The position numbers and the translations under genes were made by a program. A DNA stretch of 63,815 nt, filler included, from Kipferlia bialata (lineage: Eukaryota), in assembly GCA_003568945.1 (NCBI GenBank). It is 4 parts of 4 records of this genome, joined end to end, with 100 filler letters (N's around TTAATTAATTAA, not from the genome) between each part and the next. Parts side by side here need not be neighbours in the genome. Positions count along the whole stretch, not along the records: positions 1 to 16,669 come from BDIP01000585.1; 3 more parts are not named here. One strand, written 5' to 3'. Below are positions 1 to 13,676 of the stretch, in pieces (position 1 is the stretch's first letter; every line of letters starts with the position of its first letter). Below the pieces are notes generated by a model. It was not told where the DNA came from. It saw nothing but the letters and a program-made list of their open reading frames with translations, and did no database searches.

Positions 1-3
1 ATA

Positions 4-58
<55 letters not shown>

Positions 59-1963
59 ACAGGGCCACACACCAGTGTCAAGGAGATCAACATACAGGTA
101 CATATATGTGCTCGTTTTCTATTATTGTAGACTATATTCGTCTTCTTACCTCCCATCCCCTGTCTGTGGATGAGGTAACAGTCCTTAATAACTCTCTCTC
201 TCTCTATGTATATGTATATATATATAGAGAGAGAGAGAGAGAGTACTTACTTCTCTTCCTTACTCTGATACTAGCCTGTCTATGGATGAGGGTGCAGTCC
301 CTAATTACCCACTCACTATCTCTCTCTAGATTTATATATGAAAACAATTACAGTGTATACTCTATTATACCTTACCTAATACCAGCCCCTGTCTGTGGAT
401 GAGGGTGCAGTCCTGGTGCAGTCACTGCTGAGGCCAGGTATGTAGATCATCTATCTACATAGACCTCATTGTATATAATAGTATATCAGTGATACAGTAC
501 ACTTGTTGTAGTGCACTGTCACTGAGGCCACGTTTGTGTATACTACTCAAAGTCACATATTTCTTATATGCTTGTGACTCTTGCCTTACAGTCCCCCCTC
601 CCCTCTCTCTCCACTATCCACACCCAGGTCATCTCTCTTCTTAACTATCACTCTCTCCCTACACACGTCTAGGCCGTGTATTTCATCTCTATCTCTCTCT
701 CTCTCTCTACCCCCTTATTGTCTAGGTCGTGTTTCTGCCGAGGAGGCCCAGGAGATATCGACACTGTGCTCAGGCCTACCCCAGAGCATCAGGTACACAT
801 ATGTATTTACACACACACGCACACATGTATAAATATCAGGTTAATATTCTTCTACTGGTATGTATACTATAGTATCACTCTGCTCTGGCCTGCCCTAGAG
901 CATCAGGTATATAACTATACATATATATGTATATATACACCGGGAGAGAGTGTATGTATGTGCGTATATACGTGTTCTCACCCCTCAGGATTGTGTGCAC
1001 TGCCCTTGCTCAGAGGGACAGTCTGTCTGGGACCAAGGCCATAGCGTCATTGAGAGGTATACACTGTATATATACTATACACTATATATATATATATAGA
1101 GAGATCTACGGAGAGAGAGAGAGTCTATCAGGGACCAAGGTTGCAACATTGAGAGGTCAGTATATATAGAGAGATAGATAGATAGACATATAGAGAGAGA
1201 GAGAGAGAGAGACAGCGATGAAGGGATCATATGGTCACTCAGAGGTATATAGTATGTAGTATTTAGCTTATCAGCAAGAGGAGTTTTTAGTATATTCCTT
1301 TTCATGATGTGTTCTTCTCTATTGACTGACCCCAGGCCAGAGTGCCCGTGTGCGTATCATGGCCATAGCCAGAGAGATGATTGGGGTCTATGGGTCACTG
1401 CCCACACCTCTGAGCAGGTATATACTATATATATACTATCACATTTATGACTATGAAGCTATATTGATATAGGGACTCTTCATATAGAGGTATACTATAT
1501 CACAATTATGAATGCGCAGTCACAACTGTACTGTCAGTACGTCAATATATGGTAGATAGAGGTATATACATCACTGCCTACTCCTCTGAGAAGGTGGGTA
1601 GTCGTCTTTCTCTCTCTCTCTCTCTCCATCCCTAGGATCAGGGGATTCCTCCCTGTCTCTATCCCTCTCTCCCTCTACCCCCTTATTATAGGTCCCTGTC
1701 CCTTCTCTCCGTCCTCCCTGTCTCTCCTTCTCTCTCTCTCTACCCCCTTATAATAGGTCTTTGTCCCTCCTCTCCGTCCTCCCTGTCTCCTTCGACCATG
1801 TCCTGGCAGGAGTGGCACTAGGTGTGTGTATATCCTATAGTATGAATAGTATACTGCATATATATACTCAATTTACTTCGACCACGTGCTGGCTGGGGTG
1901 GCACTAGGTAATGTGTGGGTATATATACTGCCTCTTTTCTAAAGCTTGTCTCCTCACACCCTC

Positions 1964-1994
<31 letters not shown>

Positions 1995-4900
1995 TCTCTC
2001 TCCCTCTCTCTCTCTATGTATATGTATGTCTCTATTCTTACACCCAGGTGTCTCTTCTGACCAGGAGTTGGTTGTCCGTATCCTGTCAGAGCTGCTGGAG
2101 GAGACACTCCTCATGAGGTGTGGATGTATATATGTGTATACAAGTATATATGTATATAGAGCGATGTATTAGTTGTGTATTATATATATATATATACATA
2201 TATTTAACTGTCAGAGCTGCTAGAGGAGACACTCCTGATGAGGTGTATATATAGATAGAAGATGTATATCAGAGAATATACATGTTCTAATGTTCATTGA
2301 AATAACTGGCAACTAACAAACAGCGATGGGTCTCTCTTCTCCATGAACCATGTCGTGAGGGACACGGCCCTGGCATCACTCGAGGGCAGGGAGAGGTATG
2401 TCATATACTAAACACATATATTATCACCACATGTTTTAGAGCCGATATGCTAGATACACGTCCCGTAGGGTTGAGAGATTCATTCTTTCACAGACACAGT
2501 CCGTACTATACGCTCTTCTAATGATAGAGAGAGAGCCCAGGGCCGGATCCTCCTCTATGCACGCATCCTGAGCTCCACCTTGATTGAGCAGGTGTGATAA
2601 TGAGTATAGAATATACAATAATCATAGTTATAAGTATTACATATGTATGGGTCAGCACGCATTCTGAGCTCAACCCTCATAGAGCAGGTATGTCACGTAT
2701 TTTTCTAAGTGTATATATACACATATTTATGTTTTACATACTAACATGGCACCTATACATGTACACATATGATGGAGTGTGTTCAGGTGTTTACTGAGCT
2801 CCATTCCTCTTCAACCGGTTGGTATATATGTATATGTGTGTTCGCATATATATAGATATGTATGTGTGTGTAGGTATGGTATCATATATATGTGACGTGT
2901 GTGTGTGTGAAAATTCTTTTGTATTCTAAGCTACGCCCTTGGCACTGCATTCTACACTATTTCGCATTGACCATCTCCAATATATATATACGTGAGACGC
3001 CTTTCTCTCTTCCACACTACTATTCGCGTCAATCATCTCCCATGACTGTATCTCGCTGCCTAGCTATACTATACACTACTTTGCATTACGCACCTCACTA
3101 TAGTACCTAGCAGCCAAGCTGAACAACTCTCTCTCTTCCACACTATTTCGCGTTACGCACCTCACCCCAGTATCTCGCTGCCTATCTTTCCTTTACACTA
3201 CTTTGCATTACGCGCCTCACCCCAGTATCTCGCTGCCAAGCTGAACATCAAGCAGCAGAGGGGTGTAGAGAAGACAAGACAGAGAGAGCTGCAGAGAGAG
3301 AGGGAGGAGCATGAAGTGGTGGACTACAAGCTCATCAGGTATTATTGGACGCTCATACAATCCTTCTTATTATTTTTGTGATTAGGGAGTAGGGTTCAGG
3401 ATGTCCCTGAAAGAATTAGTATATATGTTTATGTATATGTTTATGTATATATATGTGTGTTTATATATGGACTATAAGCGCATTAGGTAAGCATGTGCAT
3501 GTGCTATTATGTTGAAATGGGTGTCTATTCTTCATAACTTTATGGCTATTCTCATTGACATTTTGCAAATACCAAGGTATATTCGTATGCCCCAGAAACG
3601 AGTGAGTAGTTATGTATATGTATATATATGTACTTATATATATTCATATATATTTATATATAGAATATATAGATGATATGTATGTATATTCCTGTTCTAA
3701 CCCCTAGGGAGCAGGGCACAGGGGGTATGGGCTCAGACACCCAGAGGGGGGTGTCACCAAATACCCATTATAGGTAAATACATATATATGTGTGTGTATT
3801 TGTATACTCTATCAGTTGTATACATATATGGTATTAGTGTATGGGCTCAGACACCCAGAGGGGGGTGTCACCCAACACACACTACAGGTATGTATAGCGT
3901 AAGAATATGTATATATGAATAGGGTAGCTGCAACATTGGGGTATTCGTACGTCTCTCTGCCTCTCTCTCTCACACACACAGACACACACAGATATACTTG
4001 TCTCTTGCTCTCTCTTACGCTCCAGAATGGCCGAGATTCTCCTCCACTTTGACATTACTCTCTCTCTCCCTCTCTCTATCTATATTCATCTATACTAGTA
4101 TTTCATCTATATACATACTTCTTACCCATTAGAATGGCAGAGATTCTCCTCCACTTTGACAACTCCCACCGGTTCTTCGAGTATGCACTCAACCTCATAT
4201 GCACGGAGCTTGATAAGGGTATGCATACAGTATAGTACATGTGTGTATAGAGTATATATCATATATATATATATATGTGTGTGTGTATATATATATATAT
4301 TGTATCTATTCTTCGAGTATGCCTTCAACCGCATATGCACGGAGCTGGAGAGAGGTATATAGTGTGTATGTGTAGTACATGTATACAGACATTGGCAGTA
4401 TTATGTAAATATATATATATAGATTGATATATAAAAAGGTGATGATGAGATGGCTGTATTTGGACATGCACTCAACCTCAAATGCACAGAGCTTGACAGA
4501 GGTATGAGGGTAAAGAGTATTGTCTTACTGTATTGGTGTAGAGTACAAACGTCCTGTCGCTTCCCTATACCAATGTGGCACCACTACCCTCTAACTACCA
4601 GTGTATTGGCATATGTATACAGTACAACACAAGTATCTCACTCTGATTCATGTCTTTGCTACTGGTGTTCATCGTACATGTATATAACAAAGTTCACATA
4701 CATGTACATATTAGTGATTGTTACTAACAATAGGTGTAACAACCATCTGCCTCCATACCGGTGGGGAGAGAGTATATTATCAAAACTATATGTATATACA
4801 TATTGTACATGTTCGTGTACATTTCCGCACCTAGTGTTGCCCATGTTAGCTCTTATGACAGGTGTCACCACCATCTGCCTCCAGACCGATGAGGAGAGGA

Positions 4901-7900
4901 TCAGGGAGAGGAGGGAGGAACTCAGCAGTGCGGAGAGAGAGGTGTGTATACACATACATTCTTGACCATCTCCAAAATATATACCATTCAGTGGATATGG
5001 ATATATATCTATATATATCTACACTGTATAGGTATTCATACGCAGTTCTGACCTGCGTTTTCGCCTCACTCAATAATTTTTTGCCATTCAGTGGACATGT
5101 ATGTGTGTAGATTTAACCTTATATGTATTCTTTCTATATACTGACATGTTTACCGTATACTTATACTTATGTATACTATATGTATGTATTGTATGTATTG
5201 CTTTTGTATGTATGTTTGTTCTTCTGATACTAGCCCATTAACGCTGCCATCGAGGTCGACTGGATTTATATATGTGTGTGTGTATGTGTGTGATATGCTA
5301 TAGTATACCCTGTGTCTATATATATACGTATATATATCATATTCTTGTATACTCACACCAGCCCACCGACGCTGCCTCTGAGGTCGAGTCGATGTATATA
5401 AGTCTATTTAAGTATATGGATGATATGCTTTAGTATGCCCCATCCCTATCTCTCTCTCTCTATATATATATATATGTATACACTCTAACACCAGCCCACT
5501 GACGCTGCCTCTGAGGTCGAGTGGAGCGAGAGGGAGGGCAGTGACAAGGAGAGACAGCTGGAGGGATTAGTTCCACCTGGAGGTATCATATATATATATA
5601 TATATATAGACAGAGACAGAGAGGGAGAGAGAGAAGGCAGTGACAAGGAGAGACAATCAGAAGGGCTGTTGCCCCCAGGAGGTATTCTGCATACACGTGT
5701 ATATACAGTTATAGACACAGAGAGAGAGAGAGAGGGGGGGGAGGGAGGGCAGTGACAAGGAGAGACAATTGGAGGGTCTCGTGCCCCCAGGAGGTATTAT
5801 GCATACACATATGTATTTATGTATAGAGAGAGAGAGAGAGAGAGAAGGAGAGAAGGAGGGTCTTGTGTCCTCAGGAGGTGTGTGTCTTAGTGGCCATAGT
5901 TGTACTGTGTGTGTATATTTGATATATGGAGTATATGGGTAATATCTATAGTGATATCTAAAGTGATATCTGTTCTGACATCCAGGTCTCTCCCAGCACA
6001 CCAGTGGCCGTAAGATCGGCATACCCACAGCACCCATATCCCTCACAGGTACTATCTCTCTCTCTCTCTCTCTTGACCCTCTTAGAAATGTTCATGTATC
6101 TCTTGTTGCACCCATATCCCTCACAGGTAGNNNNNNNTAGAAATGTTCATGTATCTCTTGTTGCACCCATATCCCTCACAGGTAGTCTTTTCGTGTAGTA
6201 ACTCTATCCTATAGTGCGACGCTTGTACACGCTTACCATCAGTGAGCTCCGAAAGGGTCCCAGTTGCTGATGAGGAGTATACACTCTGTATATATAGAGT
6301 AGATCACTTCTATACTTTTAGACCACTCACTCTCAGTGAGGTCCGAAACACTATAGTCCTCTACATATGCATAAGATATTAGTAACTAACATCAGTGAGC
6401 TCCGAAAGGGTCCCAGTTGCTGATGATGAAGTAGATGGGGAGGGAGAGGGAGAGGGAGAGACTGAGAGTGCCAGTTCTGTGGCAGCATCTGTAGTAGGGG
6501 AGGAGGAGGAGACAGAGGTATTATACTATGTATATACTAGAAAGATATATGTATATATATACTAGTATATTATAGTATAGTATAGTGTGCTACTAGTATA
6601 TTAGTATATGGTGCCAGTTCTGTGGCTGCATCTGTGGTGGGGGAGGAGGAGGAGACAGAGGTATATATATAAATATATGTATATATGTACTATTTACAGT
6701 GTAGTATAATATGAGTGTATATAGTGCCAGTTCTGTAGCAGCATCAGTGGTGGGGGAGGAGGAGGTATGGGATATCTACACAAATATATTATATATATAT
6801 ATATATATACATTTGTGGTATAGTGCCTCTGGTGTAGATGCATCAACTGCTATACACATACTCATAGCTAGGTCGACCTTCTGGATGCCGCTGCCTGCAT
6901 CTTTGCATCAGTATACACTCCTACTTCTATAGATAATACATGCTATATACACTATCAGTATACTAACGTTAGGTCGATCTCCTTGATGCCGCTGCATGCA
7001 TCGTTGCCTCTCTCAGACGCTTCAAGGACAGGTTCAGTGAGGGGCTGGAGAGTGTGTACACCAGGTATGATTGCATAGTATTAATATATATACAATGCCA
7101 GGACTGTGGTGTGTATGGTATATATATACATCATAGCTTCAAGGACAGGCTGTCTACATATAGAGAACTCACATAGACATTCTATATCGGACACTGTGAG
7201 GGCGCTGGAGACCTTGCACCTGATTCGATGAATGTTTCCATTGTACATTCGTTGATTGATTCGTTGATTGATTCCTTGATTGATCCCTTGATTGATCCCT
7301 TGATTGATCCCTTGATTGATCCCTTGATTGATTCCAGGGTCCGTGCCATGGTCAACTCCTCTGTGGCCATGACTGACACTGAGACAACGACAGAGTCTAC
7401 CCAGGATGAGGATAGCGACAGGGAGAGGGAGAGTATCCTATCCCCTAATGCAGGTTTGATAAGTGTGTCTCACAACTACTATCATACCTAGGTATTCAGT
7501 ACATATGTATGTGTAAACATATAGGGAGAGAGTCTACACAGGATGAGGATAACGACAGGGAGAGTATCCTATGACCCAACGCAAACATATTGATATTCAT
7601 GTGTGTAAGACATATTGTCTCTCTCTCTCTCTCTCTCTCTCTCTCCCCCTCTCTCTCTAGACCCTTATTTCCAGTGAGGTCCCCTGAGGAGACCCCCAAG
7701 ACTGGCTACATCAACCAGATGGCCATGATGTACATGCAGGTATACACTACACACACACACACACATATATATATATAGGTATAGTGAGACAGATGGTGAT
7801 AGGACACGGAGAGAGAGGGGAAGAGAGAGAGGGAACAGGTACAGGATGTATATGCAGGTATAGACGGGTATACCTCTCAGCTGATGTAGGTATTGATATG

Positions 7901-9646
7901 CATGTATACATATGTATCCTGACTGAAGGTGCCGGCGAGGGCAAGAGGAGGCGGAATTAGTAGTGTATAATAGCATACTGTAACTGTACATTCTCTCTCT
8001 CTGTATACATATGTATCCTAACTATCCCAGTCCAGTGCCGGCAAGGGCAAGAGGAGGCGGAATTAATAGTCTAGATTAGCATACGCACATTAGATATAGT
8101 ACTTGTATATACATGTATACATATGTATCCTAACTGACCCAGTCCGGTGCCGGCAAGGGCAAGAGGAGACAGAGACGGTCTGTGAAGAGGGGGAGCATTG
8201 ACCTGGTACGGTGTATAGTTATTGTATACAGACACTATCTTCAATACTGTGTTATTGTATTTGTTGTATATACACATATAGTAAACGGTCTGTGAAGAGG
8301 AAGCACTGATCTGGTACGTTGCCTCTAATAATCACTAATATTGAGTGTTTATGTGTGTAAGATGGGTGGATACCAACTATTAGGGCCGCATGTCCATTCT
8401 GTCTGACATGGGTATCTATATACCTATATATATATATATATATGTATATATGAGTATGCGTTTGTTAAGAATACCAGTCTTACCTTAGGGCCGCATGTCC
8501 ATTCTGTCTGACAAGGGTCTCTTCTTAAAGTATATATATCACTGTATATTAGTGTATGTATGGTACTGTGTGTTATGGTTGATAGATATATATTAACTAT
8601 TATGTATATATATATATATTGATATATACGTATACTAACTATCAGGGCCGCATGTCCATTCTGTCTGACAAGGGTGTCTCTCTCTCTCTCTCTCTGTATA
8701 TATATATATATACATATATATTAATATATATAGAATACTCTCTCTATATATATACTTATGTATGTCTATAGTATCTTACCCTTAATGTATGTATATACAT
8801 ACTTACCTTAGGGCCGCATGTCCATTCTGTCTGACAAGGGCGGTGAGGCACAGAAGAGGGCAGAGAGGGAGAAGGAGAGAGAGAGACTCGCCGAACTGGC
8901 CAAACTCGCACAGAAGGGTTCGTGGTACTACACTATGTAGTGTTGCCAATTCACTCTCAACCCTGTTCATTTCTGGAATTCATTTGTATAACTATTAGAA
9001 TTCTGTATTTCTTCATCACAGGGGATGAAAACCATTGTCTTTTTGCTTTGCTGCACCTCTCTCTATATGTCATTCAAATACTCAGTTGATTGCATATGTT
9101 CCTTATCCTGTTCTTACTCTTCCAGAAGGCGTCCCTTCTATTCTTTTGACTGTTCTCTTCTTTGTTCTATATAACCTTCAGAAGGTTCCCCCCAGTCACT
9201 CCTTATCCCTGAGAGAGAGGGAGAGAGAGAAGTGGAGAGCATCCAGGGCAGGAGGGGCAGGAGGCAGATGAGTATAGACCTCGGGGCAGGTATACCTATG
9301 TGTATTGATTTATACATATGTATATATATATATATCATTTGTGTTGTTTGATATGGGGGAGGAGAGAGAGAGGCAGGTCAGCGAAGACCTTGAAGCAAGT
9401 GGGGTATTCTTGTACTTTTAATTGTTGCGCGTCGTCTAATCTTGCAATGCTAGTGTATTGTGCATGTTCATCCACGTGAACACCCATAGATATAGATGTA
9501 CATCCATATAGACACTCTTACCGTCAGAGAGGCGTGACCGCGTCGACGAGAAGAGAGAAAGAGAGAGACGGATGGAGAGAGAGAGAGAGGACACCGAGTC
9601 CAGTGGGACCGACATCCCCATGCTGGACCCAGACTACGACTATTAG
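1..9646 (+). CDS. Large, very intron-rich hypothetical protein (5'-partial) with an acidic, Glu/Arg-rich C-terminal half
   Basis: Chain of short GC-richer exons bounded by YAG/GT, e.g. 726-792 GRVSAEEAQEISTLCSGLPQSIR, 2048-2118 VSSDQELVVRILSELLEETLLMR, ~3226-3338 YLAAKLNIKQQRGVEK..., ~4133-4218 MAEILLHFDNSHRFFEYALNLICTELDK. Last exon ...EDTESSGTDIPMLDPDYDY*, TAG 9644-9646. No family recognised. Confidence 0.6.
7252..7335 (+). repeat. Tandem array of 7 x 12-bp TTGATTGAT(C/T)C(C/G) ending directly at an AG acceptor
   Basis: Units start at 7252, 7264, 7276, 7288, 7300, 7312 and 7324. AG at 7336-7337 precedes the exon VRAMVNSS... Confidence 0.9.
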
Positions 9647-10378
9647 AGACCTTTGACCTTTAGAGACCCGTTGACCTTAAGGGACTCTCTGACTGATGGA
9701 ATTGAATGGGGTTACATACCTTAAGAGCGATCCCATAGTCTCAGTTTTGGGGTCTATACCAATAGATGTATTCAGTAATTCTTTCTATTTGCGCCTCGTG
9801 TAGAAATTGGGAAGACGTGATGTACTGTACTGACATAGCGACAATGAGGGTCCAACAAGACACTCCTAGGAAGACTACTACAATCGTAGATATTGATAGT
9901 ATTGTCTCGGGGAGAGATTACAGAGAGTCTCTATTTGACAATCCTCACTGACTCAGTGACACTGAGACTTCCTCAGAACTCTGCTGCTCTTGACTTACCG
10001 TCTGCACAATGGGCAGAGTACTATACTATATCTTCTGCTGGAGGTAATGATAAGCCTGAATCAGGCCCTGATGCTGCCTAACTATGGACTGGAGGGATAT
10101 GGTATATCCAACATCAATTGAATCGTGGTAAGCAATTACAGTGAGAATTAGAAGCGATTCTGTCACTGAAGGGCCAAGTGATGTAATTTCCAAACATGTC
10201 TCTCTCTTCAGGTCTTCAGCCCAAGTATATCTCTAATTCATACTGGATAAGTCAACTCTTGATTAGAAATCTCGGGTTACTAGTGCAAGAACAAGGTCAG
10301 TATCTAATAGATACTATCTATTCAGTGTTGGAGACCCCCTTACTCAACTGTCAGACTCAGTATCTTCCATCGAGGCAC

Positions 10379-12200
10379 CTATGGCCTTCTCTTGACTATT
10401 GGTGCCCCCTCACTCTCACTCTTGCTCTCGTTCTCTCTCTCCCTCTCCCTTCTCCTCGCCCTCGCCCTCTCAACCCTCCTCTCACCCTCCTTTCTCCTCT
10501 CCTCCTCCCTCTCCCTCTCCCTCTCCCACTCCTCCCTTTCATCCTCCCTCTCTCTCTCCGTCTCACCTTCGCTCGTGATTATCTTCAACAGCCACTTCAA
10601 GTCATCGGTTCCCAGGAGGGCCCTGACAAGAAAGCGAGTACTGGGGGATACCGAGTGTCCGAGGTCCATCTACAGTTATAGTACATATATACACACATAT
10701 ATCAATACATATGTATATAGTAGCCTATAGTAAACATGGGAGACATAGAGGATGTCAAGAACAATCCTGAATCACAGTGTGATAGAGGAATTTAGAGTCT
10801 ATGTTAGACAGGTATGGCTGCTAGTGAGTAACAGTACCCATAAAATGCTTCAAACATATACAACGACATAAGGTAGAGTATGTATAGTGTTTACTTAATC
10901 CTATCTCCTGTCAAATGAATACTACATAGAATATTGAGTTATATATATATATGTATATTGAATATATGTAATTGATTTTATGTATAGAATACCTTCTTTA
11001 GGTGGCGCATACCCAGGGCGGCGTTGATAAGGAGCTTAGCACCGGTGTGTTCACACATGGAAGCAGCATGGACAAGCAACTGACAATAAGAAGTGGAGAA
11101 TGAGAGGAGAAACGGACGGCTTACAATGTGTCTCTAGCTTTAGCACAAAGACCACTTGGGAATACATTACCTCACAAGAACGAGCAACGTTAGCAGCCCT
11201 GTGGTCCCTAGAGTGACTGTGACACTCACACGTATCGGTGATACGGTTCCCACTGAGATCGATCTAGGGTAAGGGAGGAGAGAAGGGAGAGGGTGTGTAA
11301 AGAAGAGACTGTATATCTCCTACTAGTATATAGACGGATATAGGGTTCAGTTCACTGAATCAGTAGGATAGGTGATTAGGAGTGGAGCGTCCAATTGTAG
11401 TACAAAAAGTACAGAGTAGTACAATAGGGGTCGTCTGGGGTGGCAGAGAGAGGTCAATATTATGAGAGAGAGAGAGAAAGAGAGAGAGAGAAGAGGAGGG
11501 AAGAGTTCAATTATTATCATAATAGTAATGTTGTTACATGTACCTCACAGAGGCCATTAATACTATAATAATCACTATATATATATATATATAGTAATAT
11601 ATACCATCAATATGATATATATATATATATAATATGTATAATACTATATTCAAAACTATATACCTCACGCAGACCATCTATCTTGGGTAGCGTCTCGGCC
11701 AGAAGACGTGCGGCTCTGTTGTCTAAGCCGCAGTTGCAGAGCTTGAGCTACAAGTGAGGTCATGGTGTATCCTACACGGTAGGTATATATAGGTTAGCAA
11801 CATATTTGACTTGGTATTGACTGTGAATGAATCAATGATTGAATCATTATGATTCCGACACCTCAGAACGATGAGATGAGACGTAATGAGAGAGTAGCCG
11901 GTAGTGTTTGTACCTCAGCAACACGAGTAATTGTCAATGAGTTATTGCATATGTACCTCAGCAACATGAGGCAGGATTGGGAGGATGCGGCAGAGCAAAT
12001 GAACCTCATCCATGCTAAGGGTGACGTCACAGATTGAGAACTGAATGTAAGTTATGAGTTATGGAACTACCACGTCCCTCTAACTATATGGCAGTGCTAC
12101 ACTCACTCACCTCCCCGTCACAAACGTCGACACAGTCCCGTACAGCGGCTGCAATGACGGCACTTGAGATTTTTCTCAGTCCATGTGTTGACAACCCTGT
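10379..12200 (-). CDS. RNI-like leucine-rich repeat protein with an ER-rich tail (5' end uncertain)
   Basis: Phase-0 exons of ~28-31 codons: FSICDVTLSMDEVHLLCRILPILPHVAE, LKLCNCGLDNRAARLLAETLPKIDGLRE, IDLSGNRITDT..., LLVHAASMCEHTGAKLLINAALGMRHLKK, then the terminal exon MDLGHS... (10379-10669). Confidence 0.75.
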
Positions 12201-12705
12201 AGGGTGCAAAGAGCCGAAACACTCTTGCTTTGACATGTGTAGGACACTAATACCACGCCTAGAGAGTCATTTCTTCGAAGTAGGTCTATTTACAGCTCGG
12301 TGTATAGATACGTTATAAACATTGTTTTCAATATACGGTTGGATTCTTTGCCTTCTTGGCAAAAGCTGTGGTATAGAGGGCCTCCATTCCCTCACCTGAG
12401 AAAGGCAAACACAGAATTGAAAAAGGGTCAGATCAAAAATGGTTTAAAAGGGTTAGAGAGTACTCGTTTCAAACGTCACTAAGGAGTTGACGATCCATTA
12501 TCCTATTCTTCGACGTTACGAACCAGTAAAGTATAGATGAACACATACTAGTACAGATACACAGTTAACTCTATTATGGGAACAGCTCCTCCTGAGGCGG
12601 CACTCATTTGAAGTGAGTCATTTCGTTGAGCTGAACCCTTTCTGTCGAAAAGACATAGAATGTTGAACTACTAAGCACGGTCTCTCTACTTCCACTTACT
12701 CTACA

Positions 12706-13348
12706 ATGGTACCCAAGTCAAAGAAGAAGCTGACTCGCAAACAGCGGCAGGCGCAGTGGCTGAAGAAGAAGGGGGCGCCCTGTGGTCTGTGGGTGCAATG
12801 GGGGTACTGTCCCAAGGTATAGTATATAGTATATGGTATATGGTATATAGTGTATAGTATAGTAGTACTAGGCATATCTAGTATATTATTATGTTTATTA
12901 TATAGTGTGTTATACACCCATGGGGTCTGTGGCTGCAATGGGGGTACTGTCCCAAGGTATAGTATAGTATAGTACAGTATACTATACATACACTATGTGT
13001 GTCGCACTATAGCAATACATACTTTCGCCATACTCTCAACTCTCAATTTAGGGCAAGTCGTGCCCTCTCAGCCACGATATCAGACATCCCAATAAACACC
13101 CTCCACGTTGGAAGGGTATCCCAGCCGGGGAGAGAGAGAGGCTGTACCGAGAGAAACACCCACTCCCACCCCCACGTACCAAGAAGAAAGAGAGAGGTAT
13201 GTTAACCAAAGCGGAGAAGGCGAAAGCACCAGAAGCAGATGGACAGAAAGAGGCAGAGAGTGAGGCAGAGAGAGAGAGAGAGAGAGCAGATCAGTGGCAC
13301 ACTGTACCAGTGGATAAGAGGCCAGAACACACTAGTGTGTGGGAGTAG
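12706..13348 (+). CDS. Small basic CCCH zinc-finger protein (2 exons: 12706-12816, 13052-13348)
   Basis: Splicing gives CGLWVQWGYCPK|GKSCPLSH, which is C-x8-C-x5-C-x3-H. Lys-rich N-terminus; TAG 13346-13348. Confidence 0.85.
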
Positions 13349-13676
13349 TAGGGGGAGTGGTACATGGGAGAGAATCCATGTATTTGACTATCATGCCTTC
13401 CCCTTGCTTCTGGACTCCCCCTAAACTCCACTCTGAGTGGAGTATCAGTCTCCTTCGTTCGAAGATTCATCAGTAGTGTGTCGCCAGGCGAGTAAGAGGT
13501 CGTATTTCACTAACCAATAGATACACAGAGGGTTGGAGTTTGACAGTGTCAAATTGACACCAGTGTCCAGAGTGCCGGTTCGAGACTGGTACTCTGTTGC
13601 ACCCCACTCTCTATATCACTCCTGTACATTGCTCTCCGTCCTCTGCCTCTGATCGACATTGTCACCCTTCCTGTGA

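Noticed and set aside
6268..6360. Hammerhead ribozyme-like CTGATGA...GAAAC...GTC
   Set aside because: Stem I cannot form and stem III is only 2 bp. The motifs come from duplicated copies of the downstream exon start (TGAGCTCCGAAAGGG...GCTGATGA).
8381..8840. CRISPR-like array of ~28-bp repeats with spacers
   Set aside because: The repeats are copies of an acceptor plus exon start, the spacers are irregular (TA)n intron sequence, there are no cas genes, and the context is eukaryotic.
9700..10330. Short ORFs between convergent genes
   Set aside because: Fragmentary, with no motifs or consistent splice structure.
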